A stretch of DNA of 64,000 nucleotides from Geosiphon pyriformis uo1 (Eukaryota; Fungi; Glomeromycota). Below are positions 1-13,361 of the stretch, piece after piece. The notes under the pieces were generated by a model that was given only the letters and a program-made list of their open reading frames with translations, was not told the origin of the DNA and did not search any database. The stretch is taken from NCBI GenBank assembly GCA_016748015.1, contig JAAOMT010000531.1:372001-436000 (forward strand). The letters run 5' to 3'. A program made the position numbers and the translations under genes. The first letter of the stretch is position 1. The number at the start of each line of letters is the position of its first letter.

Positions 1-43
1 AATTGATTATAGTTTTTGTTAAACCATTTTTTGAATTAAATAT

Positions 44-67
44 ATAATAATAATAATGATAATAATG

Positions 68-111
<44 letters not shown>
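44..111. repeat. (AAT)n microsatellite
   Basis: Direct tandem AAT/GAT triplets. Confidence 0.9.
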
Positions 112-112
<1 letters not shown>

Positions 113-302
113 TAATTTTAAAGAAATAATTATGTATATATATATATATATATATATTTGAAAAAATTAATAATATTAAAAAATAATTACAAATAATAAT
201 GTGGGGTTAATTTTGTTGCAATTTGTATTTATTTTTTAAATTATCATATTTACCATAATATTTTAAATATATATATATAAATTTTAAAAATTAAAATATA
301 AA

Positions 303-390
303 TTTTTTTTATTGCTTTACTGTAGTCCAACCACCATCTATCTAATTACAACATATAATGTTCTATGATAAACGTGACCAGCCAACCGGA
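303..390 (-). mobile_element. Short retroposon 3'-end relic (SINE-like or divergent LINE tail)
   Basis: The minus strand reads TGGCTGGTCACGT...GGTGGTTGGACTACAG followed by an A-rich tail (poly-T at 303-312 on +). Both boxes match the LINE 3' UTRs at 2531-2617 and 30680-30770, but the interior differs. Confidence 0.55.
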
Positions 391-2192
391 AATCTATTAA
401 TTTTATATTAGTTTAAATAATTTTTTAAAGTTAATAAGTAAAATTTAAATCCATATTAATATATAATATCTGTTAAAAAATTTTAAAAAATATAAATAAT
501 GAAATAAAAAATATAAATCAATATTTGTCTAATTAATAAAATTAATTTTTGCTTATAAATATGAATAAATATATTTTTTAAAAGTCTGTTAATTTTATAT
601 ATTATTTATTTTTACTTTTATAGATTATTTTTAAAAATAAAATATTATTACATTACAATTCTTTTAAATTAAGATACGATTTTCATGCAATTAACGATTT
701 TATATAGTTACAAAATGATATGTACAATATGCTTTTTTTGGACTAAATCATAAAATCGAATATAAATAGATGTCAATTTTTAGAATCTCTACGGAAATTT
801 ATTTTAATAAAACTCATGTATATTTCATTTTGGATGACTTTTTTTGTTCAATTCAAATGTTATTTGTATGAAATTTTCTGTAATATCAAAATATTTTAAT
901 TTTAAAATTTCTTTTAAATATTTCAAGTACTGAAATAAAATGTTTGGCTGGAATAAAAAAAATATAAATATTTTGTATCTTTGTAATATTTAAACTTGTT
1001 TGTTTTTAATATGACTTTTGGTATTTGTATTTTGATTCTTTTTTAACTGGATTTTTTGAATTATTCTTTAAAATATTTAATCTTATCTACCATAATTCGA
1101 ATTCTAGTATCCAGGTACATTAAATTACTCGGTTATGGATAGACAATTAAAGGGTATTTAATAATTAAATTTGGCAATAAGAACTCTATATGTTGCAAAA
1201 TTTTGATTAAAAAATCAGTTTTTACCAATAATTAATTCATGTTGTCTTTCGCATATACTTGGTAAAACCTACGTATATTTAATAACCAAATTCAAAGATT
1301 AGTAATTAAAATGTGAATAAAGAATTTTACTAATTCTTGACCCAAAAAGGATTATATAGATACATGTGAAAAACTATCGATTTTAACAAACATCTAACGA
1401 AAAATGGGTGTGCAACCACTAAACCAGTTCAATATTAAACGCAAATTAGAAAATGGAGACTTTGCTTATAAATGTTTGTCCTAAGTTAAACAACTTAATG
1501 CAATTAAAAGAAGTATAAATAATATTCACAAAAAAACTTTATAATAAACTTAGTTATAAGTAAACAAAAGCAATTACAATAACCAAAAGTTTGACAATAT
1601 ATTAAAAAATTTATTATAAAAATTTATATACAAAATTAAGCAAATAAAAATAAGAGTTATTTGTTCTTAAAATTATTGATATTTTTTTATAATTGTAATT
1701 AATTATATTATTATTAGTAATTACTATTAAAATAAAAATAATAATCCAAAATTTTTTGGTTATTTAATTGTTTTTAAAAATCTTTGATAAAGTTAACTTT
1801 GTTTTTTTAATTCGAAATTGTAATTTTATTTCGTTAAAAACAAGTTGTTGCATTTTTTTATGTTTTTGTCATATTATTATTTTTTTATTACCAAAAAATT
1901 GTTATAGTATTGTATATTTTATTTATAACAGCTTTTTATTATGTATGTAATTTCAGTTCTGTTTATAATTTAGTTGTTTTTTTATTTTTAATAATATATA
2001 AAATTTAATAACAAAAAATAAATAATTATTTGATTTTATTATTATTTAAACAAAATTAATTGCAATTGTTTTTATTAAATCTAATACGTTTATAAAATTA
2101 TTAAAAAATTTATATAATTTTTGTATAAAACTTTTTTAATTTTGTAATTTGTAATTTTATTATGTATTATTAATATAATTACATAATATTTA

Positions 2193-2312
2193 TTTATTTT
2201 TTTTATTATGAGTTTTACGAGTGCAGCCCAACCACTACTTAAGTACATAGAATCAAAAACAGAATCTAAATTAAGCGTGGCTCATGCCTTTTCTACACGT
2301 GACCAGCCACTT
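2193..2312 (-). mobile_element. ~120-bp 5'-truncated LINE-tail retroposon with target-site duplication
   Basis: Near-copy of the LINE 3' UTR (GTGGCTGGTCACGTGTAGAAAAGGCATGAG...GTAGTGGTTGGGCTGCACTC) plus an A-rich tail. It is flanked by TAATATTTA at 2184-2192 and 2313-2321. Confidence 0.75.
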
Positions 2313-2500
2313 TAATATTTAAATATATATATATATATATAATTAAATAAATTATTTTAAACTTAAAAAATTCAATAAATCTACAAAAATAATAAATTTA
2401 TATCTTAAATTTAATATTTTTGTTTTTTATTATGTTCAATATTAAATAATTTAATTACCATTATTTTTATATAATATAATTATCCTACATTAAATATTTA

Positions 2501-3600
2501 TTTTTTTTATTTTTTTTTATTCAGTTTAATGAGTGCAGCCCAACTACTACCTAAATACATAGATCATAATAATCTAAATTAAGTATGGCTTATGTCTTTT
2601 CTACATGTAACCAGCCATTTAGGCCAATCAAGACAACACTACATACTTAAATTACTTACCACAGAAACATCACACAGAAAACCAAAATCTGAACTAGTTA
2701 GACAAGGATGCAATCCAAAACACACATGGATACCTAGCCTAAAACCAAAATCCTGGATTGTTCCAGCAGACCATAAAGAAAACAGACCAGATATTAAAGG
2801 AATAGACAATCCATCATGTGGCAGAAGATTATATTTCTCATAATAGGCTCTTAACTTAGCTGCTGGCAGCCAAACGGCTGACCTGTGGCTCTTAGTAAAA
2901 TGACCAATGCACCCCTATCAGAGTTAGCACCCAACTGGCCTATTGTGTCAACCATCCAACTCTTCAGCACAAAACCCTTAGCCAGTGCTGTAAACAAGTC
3001 TATAAAAAAAGCAGCCTCATTCAGCAAATTAGCAACTGTATTCTCATTGGCAAAAGTGTTCAGCAATACACTTCACTCCAAAGTAGCATTAGACAATAAG
3101 GTATCCCTGACATTGTCATTATGACTGCAAGAAAAAACATGATCAGAGTCCTCGATTAAATCACACCAGATGCAGACAACACTTAGATAATTCAGATTAT
3201 ACATCTTTTTCTTTTTGGCCACAGGTAAGTGATAATGAAGTGCCTTTATGAAGTAAAACTAAAGTGTTACCAATGCAGTGCTAGTGTAGCCAGATTTGAT
3301 TTTGCTGTTAGGATGCCAAATGCAAAAAGTTCTGGCTTTATCAAAATGGTTACTGAGACCCATATTAATAATGTTATCAACATATTTGGCTTCTCAATCA
3401 ACAGAGTAGACAGCATTGAATAAATTTTTGGCAACATGACAAATGTTTCCAAAAACAGGTCTGCCTTCAACAATAAGAAAACAATAAGGTACTACAATAG
3501 ATAAGAAGGACTTAGAGGTAACAGTTGCATTAGCATAAAAATTAGCATGTTTATTTCCAACAACACCAAAATGGTCTTTGATCTTATTCTATGTAACTAA
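2501..3600 (-). mobile_element. LINE-1 (non-LTR retrotransposon with RNase H), 3' fragment: end of RNase H, C-terminal CxxC-DH-C zinc motif, 3' UTR and poly(A)
   Basis: Poly-T at 2501-2521 and ORF2 stop at about 2639. Degenerate translation includes W-NKIKDHFGVVGNKHAN, VVCIWCDLIEDSDHVFSC and LFTALAKGFVLKSW, and is homologous to 29267-30658. Confidence 0.85.
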
Positions 3601-4473
3601 TATTACAAGATAGTTTTCTTGGTATATTTAATTGCTGATATCCCGTTTTAAATGCAACCAGTCTCTCATGAGTTCTTTAATTCTATTTGTGTGATAATGT
3701 TACTGTTATATTAAAGGCTTTCTTTTTAATGTCATGATGTAAGTTATTTCTCAAATTCTGATTGTTGTGTGTATTTATGTACTCTTTTCCAGAGGCTGAA
3801 CTGAAATCTACCCACTGTCTAAAGTCTTCTCTGAGGCTATCCTTGCAATTGCCTGATGTGTTTCTCTAATCTAGAAACACAGAATATTAATGGCTTTTTA
3901 GCACTTTTCCTAATTCTCACAATAAAGCTTTTATCAATTAGTAACAACATGAATAATCTTGATCAGAAATTATTCTTCCAAGAGATTCAGCTGATGAATG
4001 ATAGTTTCATTCAATAAATAATACAAGTAAGTTTCTTAACACATTGGATTCAGTTTTTAATATTCTTTTTCATTTTTTTTTGATTAAAAGTTTTTGTAGA
4101 TATTTATTTTTAAAAGTAAAGACTAGAAGATAATTAAAGTAGAACTGTTGGATGAATTGTTTTGTTAGATGATATCATTTTTCTCAATATTAAAGCTACT
4201 GTATATATACATGTTTGTAGTTCTACAAGAAAACACATTGTAATACTTTCTTTTTGGTATCTCAACCTGGTGTTTGCCACTATCACCAGTTGGTGTTGGC
4301 CACTATTACTAGTTGATATTGGCCACTATCACCAGTTGATGTTGGCTGCTATTGTGAGCTGGTGCTTGCCACTATGTTAATCATTACCTTTCTAGGATTA
4401 TTACTGTGCTATATTATGATTGGATAATTTATATTATTTTATGATTCTTTTGCTAAATTCTTGAACTGTAACA
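3601..4473 (-). repeat. Gy-A 3' LTR (contains ~22-bp tandem units at ~4267-4372)
   Basis: Direct repeat of 10578-11450. It ends TGTAACA at 4473, next to the PPT. Confidence 0.92.
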
Positions 4474-4486
4474 TTATCCCCTCCTT

Positions 4487-4785
4487 TCAAGATTGAGCTT
4501 CATCGAAATTGAAGTTAATTTCTTTATTGAATTCTAAGTTACAATAGTAGTCCAATACTGTATTATTAACTTGTTGTTGTAATTTTTGAAATTGTGAATT
4601 GGTAAGTCGTCCAATACTGTTAGATCTAGTAATACTTTGTGATAATTTTCAAATGCTTTGAAAATTCCATAAACTGCTTTTTGAATGGAATGTACTGTTG
4701 GTTTTTCCAATAAAACTTTCTAATTATTGGATTGTTGCTTTGTTACTTTGTCAATTACTCTAATTGATGGATGGGTTCATAATTT
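4487..4785 (-). pseudogene. C-terminal remnant of accessory ORF-X of Gy-A
   Basis: KATIQ*LESFIGKTN..AVYGIFKAFENYHKVLLD..SNSIGRLTNSQFQKLQQQV..NFDEAQS* aligns with Gy-B ORF-X (KRILQQLKHFVGKNN..AIYRIHTAFQDKPEILLD..SNQLGKITNAQFEELQTQI..DFDGAQY*). Confidence 0.75.
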
Positions 4786-7700
4786 TTACATGTGTCTCAT
4801 TCTTGACAAACAGTCAGCATTGGCATTTTTGGTACCTTTTTTGTATTTAATGATATAATCATATGGTGCTAATATTTGTGACCATCTGGCATATTTTCTT
4901 TTCAGCACTTTCTTGTTATTTAACCAGACCAGACCTTTATGATCTGTGATAATATCAAAGGGTTTGTACCATAAATATATGTCAAAATAAACACAACTCC
5001 AGACTACTGCTAAGCATTCCAGTTTATATGCTGTATAGTTTTGCTCTATCATACTGAGACTTTTACTGGCATAAGCAATTACATGTTCTTTTCCATTATC
5101 ATTTTTTTGTGAAAAAATGGTTTCAAGTTTTATTTCAGAGGCATCTGTGGCCAAAATGAATTTCTTGTTGAAATCCAGATAGATCATTATTGGTGATTCA
5201 ATAAGCTTTTGCCTAAGATACTCAAAAGCTTTTTGTTGTGTTTTAGTCTATTCAAATTTCATATTTTTGGATAGTAGATAATTAAGAGGTTTGGCAATAT
5301 TTGAAAAGTTTTCTACAAAGTAGTGGTAGTAAGATGCGAGTTCTAAAAAGCTTTTAACTTCTAAAACGTTTCAAGATACTGGAAAATTTTTCACTTTGTC
5401 TATTTTTGATAGATTTGGTTTTATTCCATCTTTTTCAACTATGTGTCTTAAAAATGCTAGCTCATTTTTTCCAAAAAAACATTTTTCTAGATTTAGTTTA
5501 AATCTAGCATGTCTTAATTTTTCAAAAACTTGTTGCAAATGTTGGAAATAATCTGTGAATTTTGACAAGAAAACATTTGTATTATCCAAGTAAACAACAA
5601 TGGATTGCCACAGGATTCCAGAGTAAATTACATCCATTAGTCTTTGGAATGTTGCGGGAGCATTTGTCAATTCAAATGGCATTATATTGAACTTATAATT
5701 GCTATTTTGTGTTGTGAATACTGTTTTATGTCTGTTTTTTGGGTTTATTTTTACTTGTCAATACTTACTGGTCAAGTTCAGTGTAGAAAACCATTTTGCT
5801 CCTCCAAAAATGTCGAAAATTTTGTCAATTAATGGTATTGGGTATGAGTCTTTGGTTGTTTTGCTGTTTAGTTTGCAATAGTTGATGCAAAATCTAATTT
5901 TTCCATTCTTTTTTCTTACTAAAACAACTGGTAAGGACCATGAGCTCATTGATGATTAGATTATTCCTTTTTCCAACATGTTTTGAACTTCTTTTCTGAT
6001 AAAATTATGCTCCATTGGTGGAACATGATAAGCATATTGTTTTCAGGTCTGGCATCTCCAATGGAGATTTGGTGTTGAACCAAGTTGGTTCTTCCAAATT
6101 TGCCATTTCATGAAAATATATCAAAGTATTTTAAAATTAATGCTTTTAATTGTTACTGTTGGTCAGGATTCATTGTTCCAATGTTTAATTTGGCCAATTT
6201 TTCTGGTGTAAATTAATAGCATTCCAACGGTTGTTGCCAATTTATTGAAGTGAGTTCACAGTAGAGGGCAATTTCTGGGAAATTTAGAATTTCTTGTGGT
6301 GTTGATGCATTTTCTAGCTCTGTTGCAAGGTATCCAATGATGGTATCTTCCAGAATGTAGATAGGTTTTTCTGTGGTGTTTGTGATAGGAATTCTTATTC
6401 ATTGAGCTTTATTAGCTGGAATAAAAAGGTTAGTAAATCCTATGAGAAACTGTTGACAAGTTTCTGGATAGGGCTCAAATATTAGGTCTTTTTCTTTAAT
6501 TGTTCTTTTTATTTTTATTTCTGATTTTTCATATGATAGAAGTGTGATAAACTGCTCAGTTTTAATTACTTTGCCTTTTTTCTCTATTGTTTCAGCAAAA
6601 TTTGCTTCAATTCCTTTTTCTGTTGATCCGAAACCAAAAGTTCCTCTCATTATTTGTAACAATTCCTCACAATTTTCTACTGGCACAAATTTCCCAATTT
6701 TTACCAATGGTAAAAAAATTGCTTGTGCAATTTTTTCCTTAGATTCAATAGTATAAGGCTTTTTTGAATTGTTCTGTAGCAAAACCATCAAATTTCCAGT
6801 GTATTTAGAATCAATTACTCCTTTTTGAATGCTTATTCCTTTTTTCACAAGGCTTAATTGCAATGCTATTTGAATCATTGTTTCTGGTAGAATTTTAACC
6901 ACTATTTTCAGGTCAATTTTGGTGATGCTTCTGGATGATAATGTTGTGGATTTGTTTTTCGGATAACATAGATCAAATTTGGCATTGGTTGGATGGGCTC
7001 TTTTAGGTATTATTTCTAAGTGCCTATTGTCAAAATATTGAATGTTGATTATCTGTTCTAGGTCAGTATAAGCTACAAATTTTTTTGACCTGGAATCATC
7101 AGGTAAGTCTTGTTGATTTATTGATTGATTTTGAGACTGCTGATTCTCAATTTCCATTTTTCTTTCTAAGTCTTTTTCGTCTTAACACTTTTCACAACAC
7201 TGATTTTGGCATGAGATAAAACAGTTTTCATAAAGATAAGTGTTGATTTGGGCAAGGTATTGTTTTTGCTCTTGTTGAGTAGGACATAGTTGTTGGTAGT
7301 AGTCCTGGAATTCGTCCACTGGGTTGAACATGTTGTAGCTGGCAATTTTGTTGGTTACTTTGGCTGACTTTTTCCAATGTCATATTTCTTTGGTGGTTCT
7401 TTTTTTTACTTTGGCCTGTGCAGTATTGTATGACTCATTTTCATTATGTGAGTAGTGCTGTAGTCTTTTTAACACTCTGTTAAATACTGCTTTAAATGAC
7501 ATTCCTTCTCTTACCCAGTTACAGATGAGAATTGTGTATTGGCAAGTTGTGTTACACATTTTTCCTCTACCTGGTATGTTGTTCCAGTCACACCCTCTTG
7601 GTAACAGTTCTCCACAAGTGAGGCACAGTTCCTCATCCCATTTTCCATGTCTTTCTGGATAACCATATTTTTCTTTGTTATAATAGTTACAATAGTAGTG

Positions 7701-10495
7701 GGTGGGGTTTCTTGGATCTTCATCTGGTGCACTGCATGCAGTCATAGACAAGAGTTTTTTCTTGCAAACTGAGCATTCTAGCTTTAGTCTGCATTGCTGG
7801 TGGTTTCTTTGTAGACTTATCTGGTTCTATTCAGATCTTTCTTCACTGATTCATGTTGGTACAGCTAGTAGTTCTGTTCTTTGGTTATCAGCCCAAGAGA
7901 GCTGATAGATTTTAATGGCTGGTAGTGCTAGATTTTTTTTAAATCCAAAGATAGGTCTTTGATTGGTGCTGGGTTTTTGAAAGTGGCCACAGGTGGCTGA
8001 AATTCTGGCCTGGTGGCCATTATAATTAATCAGAAGCTCTTGGATGGTTCAGTTTAGGGTGGTGTTGGCTTTTGTTAGTCAGTCATTCCCTACTAACACT
8101 TGATATTATGTAGCATCTATTACTAATACTTTTGTAAGTATTACTATACTGTTAATTTTAAAAGAGAATGAGTCAATTTTGCCATAAGACAGCTTTGTAC
8201 TTTCATTGGCTATTATGATTTGGGATGTTGTGGCACAATCAACTTTGAAACCCAGTTGGTTTACTAGTTGAAGTGTTATGATGCTTCCAGCAGATCTGCT
8301 ATTTAAGATAAGTTTGATTGGGGTATTGTTTACAGTGGCTTTCGTATACATAGCAGTGATTGAGTGTTTTTTGTCCAATGCTACTTCATTGAACATAGCC
8401 TTGTTTTTCTCTAATTTAAAAGGAAAAATAGCTGTGAGACTACTATCTTCAGTGGCAACTGCTGGTGGTATTGTTTGGCTCAATTTGTTGAAGGAATTTT
8501 TGGTTCTGTTTATGTTTCTACCATCATTGTTTCTAATGATCAGATTTTCTGGTATATTAAGGTAAATTTGTTGATAATTTTGGTAGTTTAGATTGGTTTG
8601 CTGACTGGTTCCAGCACAGTTTGGATTCCTCTGGACCAATGCATTTTGGTTCTACATGGGCTGATTTTGGGGTTCAGGATGCCAATTCGGGTTGGCTATT
8701 ATGGACTGTTACTGGTAAGTTCCTTGATTTTAATATGTGGTGGAATATTGGTGTGGTATTGGTGTGTACTGGTTTCTGGACATTTGGGGTAACACATAAT
8801 AATTATTTTTGCATGCTTTCTGCATCATTTGTGTTTAACATTGACTAATCAAATGTCTTATGTATTTGCAAAAATAGCAGGTGCGCATTTCTGTTCTAAA
8901 TTCTTGGCACGATAAGTGATTATTTCAACTGTTGCTGACTTCCTGGCTGCATTTTTGGGGTGGTTGGTATGTATTTTTTCTTAGATCTGGGATAAGATAA
9001 CTTTCTATTTTCTTAGAGAGTTCCTTCCCTAATTGCATTACTCTTTTCTCTAATGTTTTTGTCTTATTTTCTTCCATTACCATATTAACTATTTGACTAT
9101 GGTTAGCTTCTTTCTCAGCTGATTCAAGAGCTTTGGCAAGCATAATGGCTTCTGGTAAGAAATTAGGGTGAGCAGAGCATACTCTTCCTAAAATGCTGCT
9201 TTTTAATCCTCTAATAAACTGATTTAAAACCTGAGGATTAGTGTAGTATTTTTGTTCAATCACTTTAATCTGACAGCAAATTTGATTGAATCGAGCAAGG
9301 TATTGGGTGACAGTTTTACCAGTACCTTGCTTGATAGTATTAAATTTGTTCTATAGTTGGATTATGACGTTTGGATTGCTAAAATACTCTAGGAGTGCAT
9401 TTTTAAATTTGACAAAGCTTGTGGGTTTTGTTTTCAGGCTTTGATACCACAAGTTGGCTGTGCCTTTCAGAAAGAAAGGTAATGTTTGAGTTGCTCTTTG
9501 GTTGCTCTAATTATTTGTCTGGATGGCTTTTTGTGCTTTTCTAAGCCACATGTGCATGTCCATTTCTTCTTCCTCTCCTGAGAAATCTGTTAGTCTTGTG
9601 ATGTATGGTGTGGTTATTTCATTGCCATTTTCTGCTGGTGGACTTATTGGTCTAAGAAGAGATAGGATGATATTTCTTTGAGTGTTCTTAAAGGTGGCTT
9701 CCCTTATATCCAGTTCTTTCTCTTGATTATAAGTTTCTTGGTTTTTAGACTGGCTGCTTATTCCAGTGACTGGTCTTGTGATTGTTTTTTTGCTGGTCTT
9801 TTTTTTGGATTCTGATTCAGACTTCTCTTTATGGGTTTTAAACCTGTTCCAAATTTTGGCTGAAAAAAAGGGTTTTGGAATAGTGATGAATATCCTTTTG
9901 TAATTGGTATGTTTTTCCAGTTACATTGTTTAATTTTATTAGTATAACTAGGAGTTCTTGGCATTTGTGGAGTTGATATTAATGATAATACAGCTCCTAA
10001 TAGAATTTGTATCTTATTTTCTAATGAAAAATAGTATGATTTATTTTCTGGTGAATAAATATGTTGTTTTTTTATTGATTGAGTGACAGTTTTTTTTGGT
10101 GTTTGAGCAGGTGTTTCTAGTTTTTGCTAGTTACTTTCTTGATTAGTTTCTAAATTTTCTTTGATTTTGTTGGTATGTTTTCTAGTGTTTCCTGTGGATA
10201 TTAGAAAATTTTTGTTGGCATATTGCTCAATTTTTTGATGGATTTTAACAATAATTGCGGCTATTACTGCTACTTCCTTTGTAATGTATTGTGATAATTC
10301 TTTATACAATCCAAGTTTTGCATTATGTGGTTCTTCTTTCTTTCTTATATAATAATTTATTTTGGCATTGATATAATAAGTGAAGGCAGATTTTGCTAGA
10401 CAACACTCTTCTGGTAATTTAAAATCACTTTGATTTTGTGTGTAAATAGCATGGCAGAATTCAAAAACAGTAAGATTAGGAGTTTTTGTTGCCAC
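4786..10495 (-). pseudogene. Gy-A gag-pol (capsid, CCHC knuckle, protease, Cys-rich domain, dUTPase, RT, RNase H), with many stops
   Basis: CYFCKYIRHLISQC at ~8850. KLILNSRSAGS protease at ~8300. RT motifs PVVLVRKKNGKIRFC, MPFELTNAPATFQRLMD and YLDN. RNase H motifs FILATDAS, ECLAVVW, ITDHKGL and NANADCLSRMRHM*. Confidence 0.88.
6615..7016 (-). pseudogene. dUTPase domain within Gy-A pol
   Basis: Trimeric dUTPase motifs: PKRAHPTNAKFDL, GVIDSKYTGNLMVLLQN, EKIAQAIF and RGTFGFGST. Confidence 0.88.
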
Positions 10496-10577
10496 TTTTG
10501 TCTCTTTCTTTTTAGCAATAAATTATTGCTAATTATTATTTCTTTTTTGATTTTTTTTTCTTATAAGGTTCACTAAA

Positions 10578-11450
10578 TGTTATGGGATGGTTTTCTTAGT
10601 ATATTTAATTGCCAATATCTCATTTTAAATGCAACCAGTCTTTCATGAATTCCTCAATTCTATTTGTGTGATAATGTCACTGTTATATTGAAGGCTTTCT
10701 CTTTAATGTCACAATATAAGTTATTTCTCAATTTCTGATTGTTGTGTGTATTTATGTACTTCTTCTCAGAGACTAAACTGAAATCTACCCACTGTCTAAA
10801 GTCTTCTCTGAGGCTATCCTTGCAATTGCCTGATGTGTTTCTCTAATCTAGAAACACAGAATGTTAATGGCCTTTTAGCGCTTTTCCTAATTCTTACAAT
10901 AAAGCTTTTATTAATTAGTAACAACATGAATAATCTTGATCAGGAATTATTCTTCCAAGAGATTCAGCTGATGAATGATAGTTTCATTCAATAAATAATA
11001 CAAGTAAGTTTCTTAACACATTGGATTCAGTTTTCAATATTTTTTTTTATTTTTTTTTGATTAAAGGTTTTTGTGGATATTTATTTTTAAAAGTAAAGAC
11101 TAGAAAATAATTAAAATAGAACTGTTGAATGAATTGTTTTGTTGGATAATATTATTTTTTTCAATATTAAAGCTACTGTATATATATATATTTGTAGTTC
11201 TACGAGAAAACACATTGTAATACTTTCTTTTTGGTATCTCAACCTGGTGTTTGCTGCTATCACCAGTTGATATTGGCTACTATTACCAATTGGTATTGGC
11301 TGCTATTACCAGTTGGTGTTGGCCACTATTGTGAACTGGTACTTACTACTATGTTAATTATTACCTTTCTAAGATTATTACTGTGCTATATTATGATTGG
11401 ATAATTTATATTATTTTATGATTCTTTTGCTAAATTCTTGAACCATAATA
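10578..11450 (-). repeat. Gy-A 5' LTR
   Basis: Direct repeat of 3601-4473. Differences are mostly C/T and G/A transitions. Confidence 0.92.
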
Positions 11451-11731
11451 CCGACAAACTTTTCTTTGTAATAATATGGCAAATATATTTTTTTTTGATC
11501 TAGCATTTATTGCAAAAGTCAGGACCAACCATATTACCAGCGGATTTACATAAGTTCAACAAAACTTGGCTGTCCATATACAAATTAACTGATTGAGAAG
11601 TGGGCACATACTTTAAAGCAAGTGCAATAGCCTGCATTTTTACTAGAGTTGACAACAACAACCCATCTACCTTAATTTCAACACTAGTGTTCACATTTGG
11701 AAAATAGGCAGTGGTACTACTATGAACACAT
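11451..11731 (-). mobile_element. LINE-1 middle fragment (RNase H core)
   Basis: AYFPNVNTSVEIKVDGLLLSTLVKMQAIALALKYVPTSQSVNLYMDSQ. It joins in frame to 20256 and 3596 once the TSDs are removed. Confidence 0.88.
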
Positions 11732-12579
11732 TGTTACTCATAAAATATAGGAAGCATAAATTAGCCAATCAGAAGTAGACACAATAAATATGGAATTCCA
11801 GGATTCTTCTCAGAGAAATTGCAGGATTTCAGGAATTTCAGAATTTTTGTACAAGGAATTGCAGGATTCCAGAATTCCAGGATTCTTCTCAAAAAGAATT
11901 GCAAGATTCCAGGAATTCCAGGATTCTTGGTGTGAAAAATTGAGGAATTGAGGAATCTCAATTATGTATATATAGTGGTAGCATTAGAAATAAAAAAAAG
12001 AGACCTTTCAGTTTAAATTTAATCTAAACAACCTTCTATTTCACAAATATCAATAAATAATTATTCACTATCTCAATCCACTTTTTACTATTAACACTTT
12101 ATGTTGATAATAATTGATACTTAATTATGCTGGAACAATAGCTTTTGATCATGGTTATTGATAGAATACTAACTTGCATATTGTCTTGGCTCATTTTTTT
12201 ATTTTTTTTTATTTTATTTTCTTTGATTTTATTGTTGTATACTAATTAATTAAGGATTAAAGCACTAAGTTATTAATGTTACAGATAACCTTGTAAAAGA
12301 CCCAGAAATAAGAGTAAAATCAGATATATATTAATGGATAGCTTACCAGAAGGGCATGACTACCAGAATAAACTGACCACTATGCTGAAGACAAAAATTG
12401 AGAAAACAACTACTCAACCAATTATATCGACATTAAATTTCTATCCATTATACAAAAGACTCAACTCTAAAACCTTTAGATACAACTCACATACCAGTAT
12501 TACCAGTCTTATTAAGATATTGAGCACCAAGTTACAGATTTGTTATTTGATTTGAGACCCCAAATAATCATTTGTAATA
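11732..12579 (+). mobile_element. Solo LTR related to the Gy-B LTR family
   Basis: Starts TGTTACTCATA and ends TTTGTAATA. It is an inverted homolog of 20933-21812 with GAATTCCAGGATTC-type internal repeats at ~11790-11930. TSD ACAT (11728-31) / ACGT (12580-83). Confidence 0.88.
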
Positions 12580-12583
12580 ACGT

Positions 12584-13309
12584 TGTTACAGTTGAAACAC
12601 AGAGTTTTTATTAATTATCACATGTATTAGCCAATGATGTCATATAATTAGCCACCCTATTTTTAGATAGTGATCGTTGACCTGATCAATGACTTAATTG
12701 TTGACCTGATTATTGACCTGATCATTGACCTAATCAATAACCTAATCATTGACCTGATTGTTGACCTGATCATTGACCTAATCGTTGACCACTTTAGACA
12801 GTTATATAAGCAATGATTCCCTCAGCTATAGAAAGACATGATCAAAGTAACGAAATAAACAATATTAATTACTTCCTCTCATAATTGCTTATTCCCCTTT
12901 TCTTACCTTCAAGTATCTACTTGTTGGCATTCACATACCTTATCTTTTCCTCTTCTTGATTTGTATTTGTTAGAATTAGTTTGAGAAGCAATTGGCTTGC
13001 TCTTGTAATTCATTGAATAAAGAAATGATTAAAAAGTACAACGATACCTGTTATTGATTCTAAGAATCACCGAGTTGAGGCATAGAATAATAGCAGTGGT
13101 GTTATCTTGTTGACAATCATGGACTATTCCTCTACCTTCAGATTTAAGAAAAGATTAGCAACTGTGATTTTTATGAGACTGATCATGCACATTGAATTCC
13201 TACTTATTCAATTCGCTCCCTTATTGTAATTCCTTCTTTGTTTATTTCCATCACCATACAATACTGTTCTCCCTTGCTATCCATTAGCTTGTTACTCCAA
13301 CCTGTAATA
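12584..13309 (+). repeat. Gy-C 5' LTR (726 bp) with a 10 x 12-bp TGATCGTTGACC array at 12671-12790
   Basis: Direct repeat of 19634-20251. The 108-bp length difference equals 9 repeat units. Confidence 0.93.
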
Positions 13310-13315
13310 TAAAAG

Positions 13316-13332
13316 TGGTGCTCTCTGTGAGG
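13316..13332 (+). promoter_or_regulatory. Primer binding site complementary to a tRNA 3' end (Ile- or Thr-like, identity uncertain)
   Basis: TGG-T-GCTCTCT-GTGAG-G fits CCA, discriminator, 7-bp acceptor strand and T-stem. It lies 6 nt after the LTR. Confidence 0.75.
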
Positions 13333-13361
13333 TTGTCAAAATTCACTTATTCTCTCATTGT

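Larger units (their letters stand above)
3601..11450 (-). mobile_element. Ty3/Gypsy LTR retrotransposon Gy-A (dUTPase-bearing, integrase deleted, degenerate)
   Basis: Two ~873-bp direct LTRs. PPT at 4474-4487. 4-bp TSD CTAA (3597-3600) / CCGA (11451-11454). Domain order gag-ZnK-PR-Cys-rich-dUTPase-RT-RNase H. Excising it restores the LINE frame (KKSLSVT-W-NKIKDH). Confidence 0.92.

Noticed and set aside
10561-10577. tRNA PBS of Gy-A
   Set aside because: TTTAGTGAACC is at the right place but too decayed to assign. The same applies to TAGTGACTCC near 28339.
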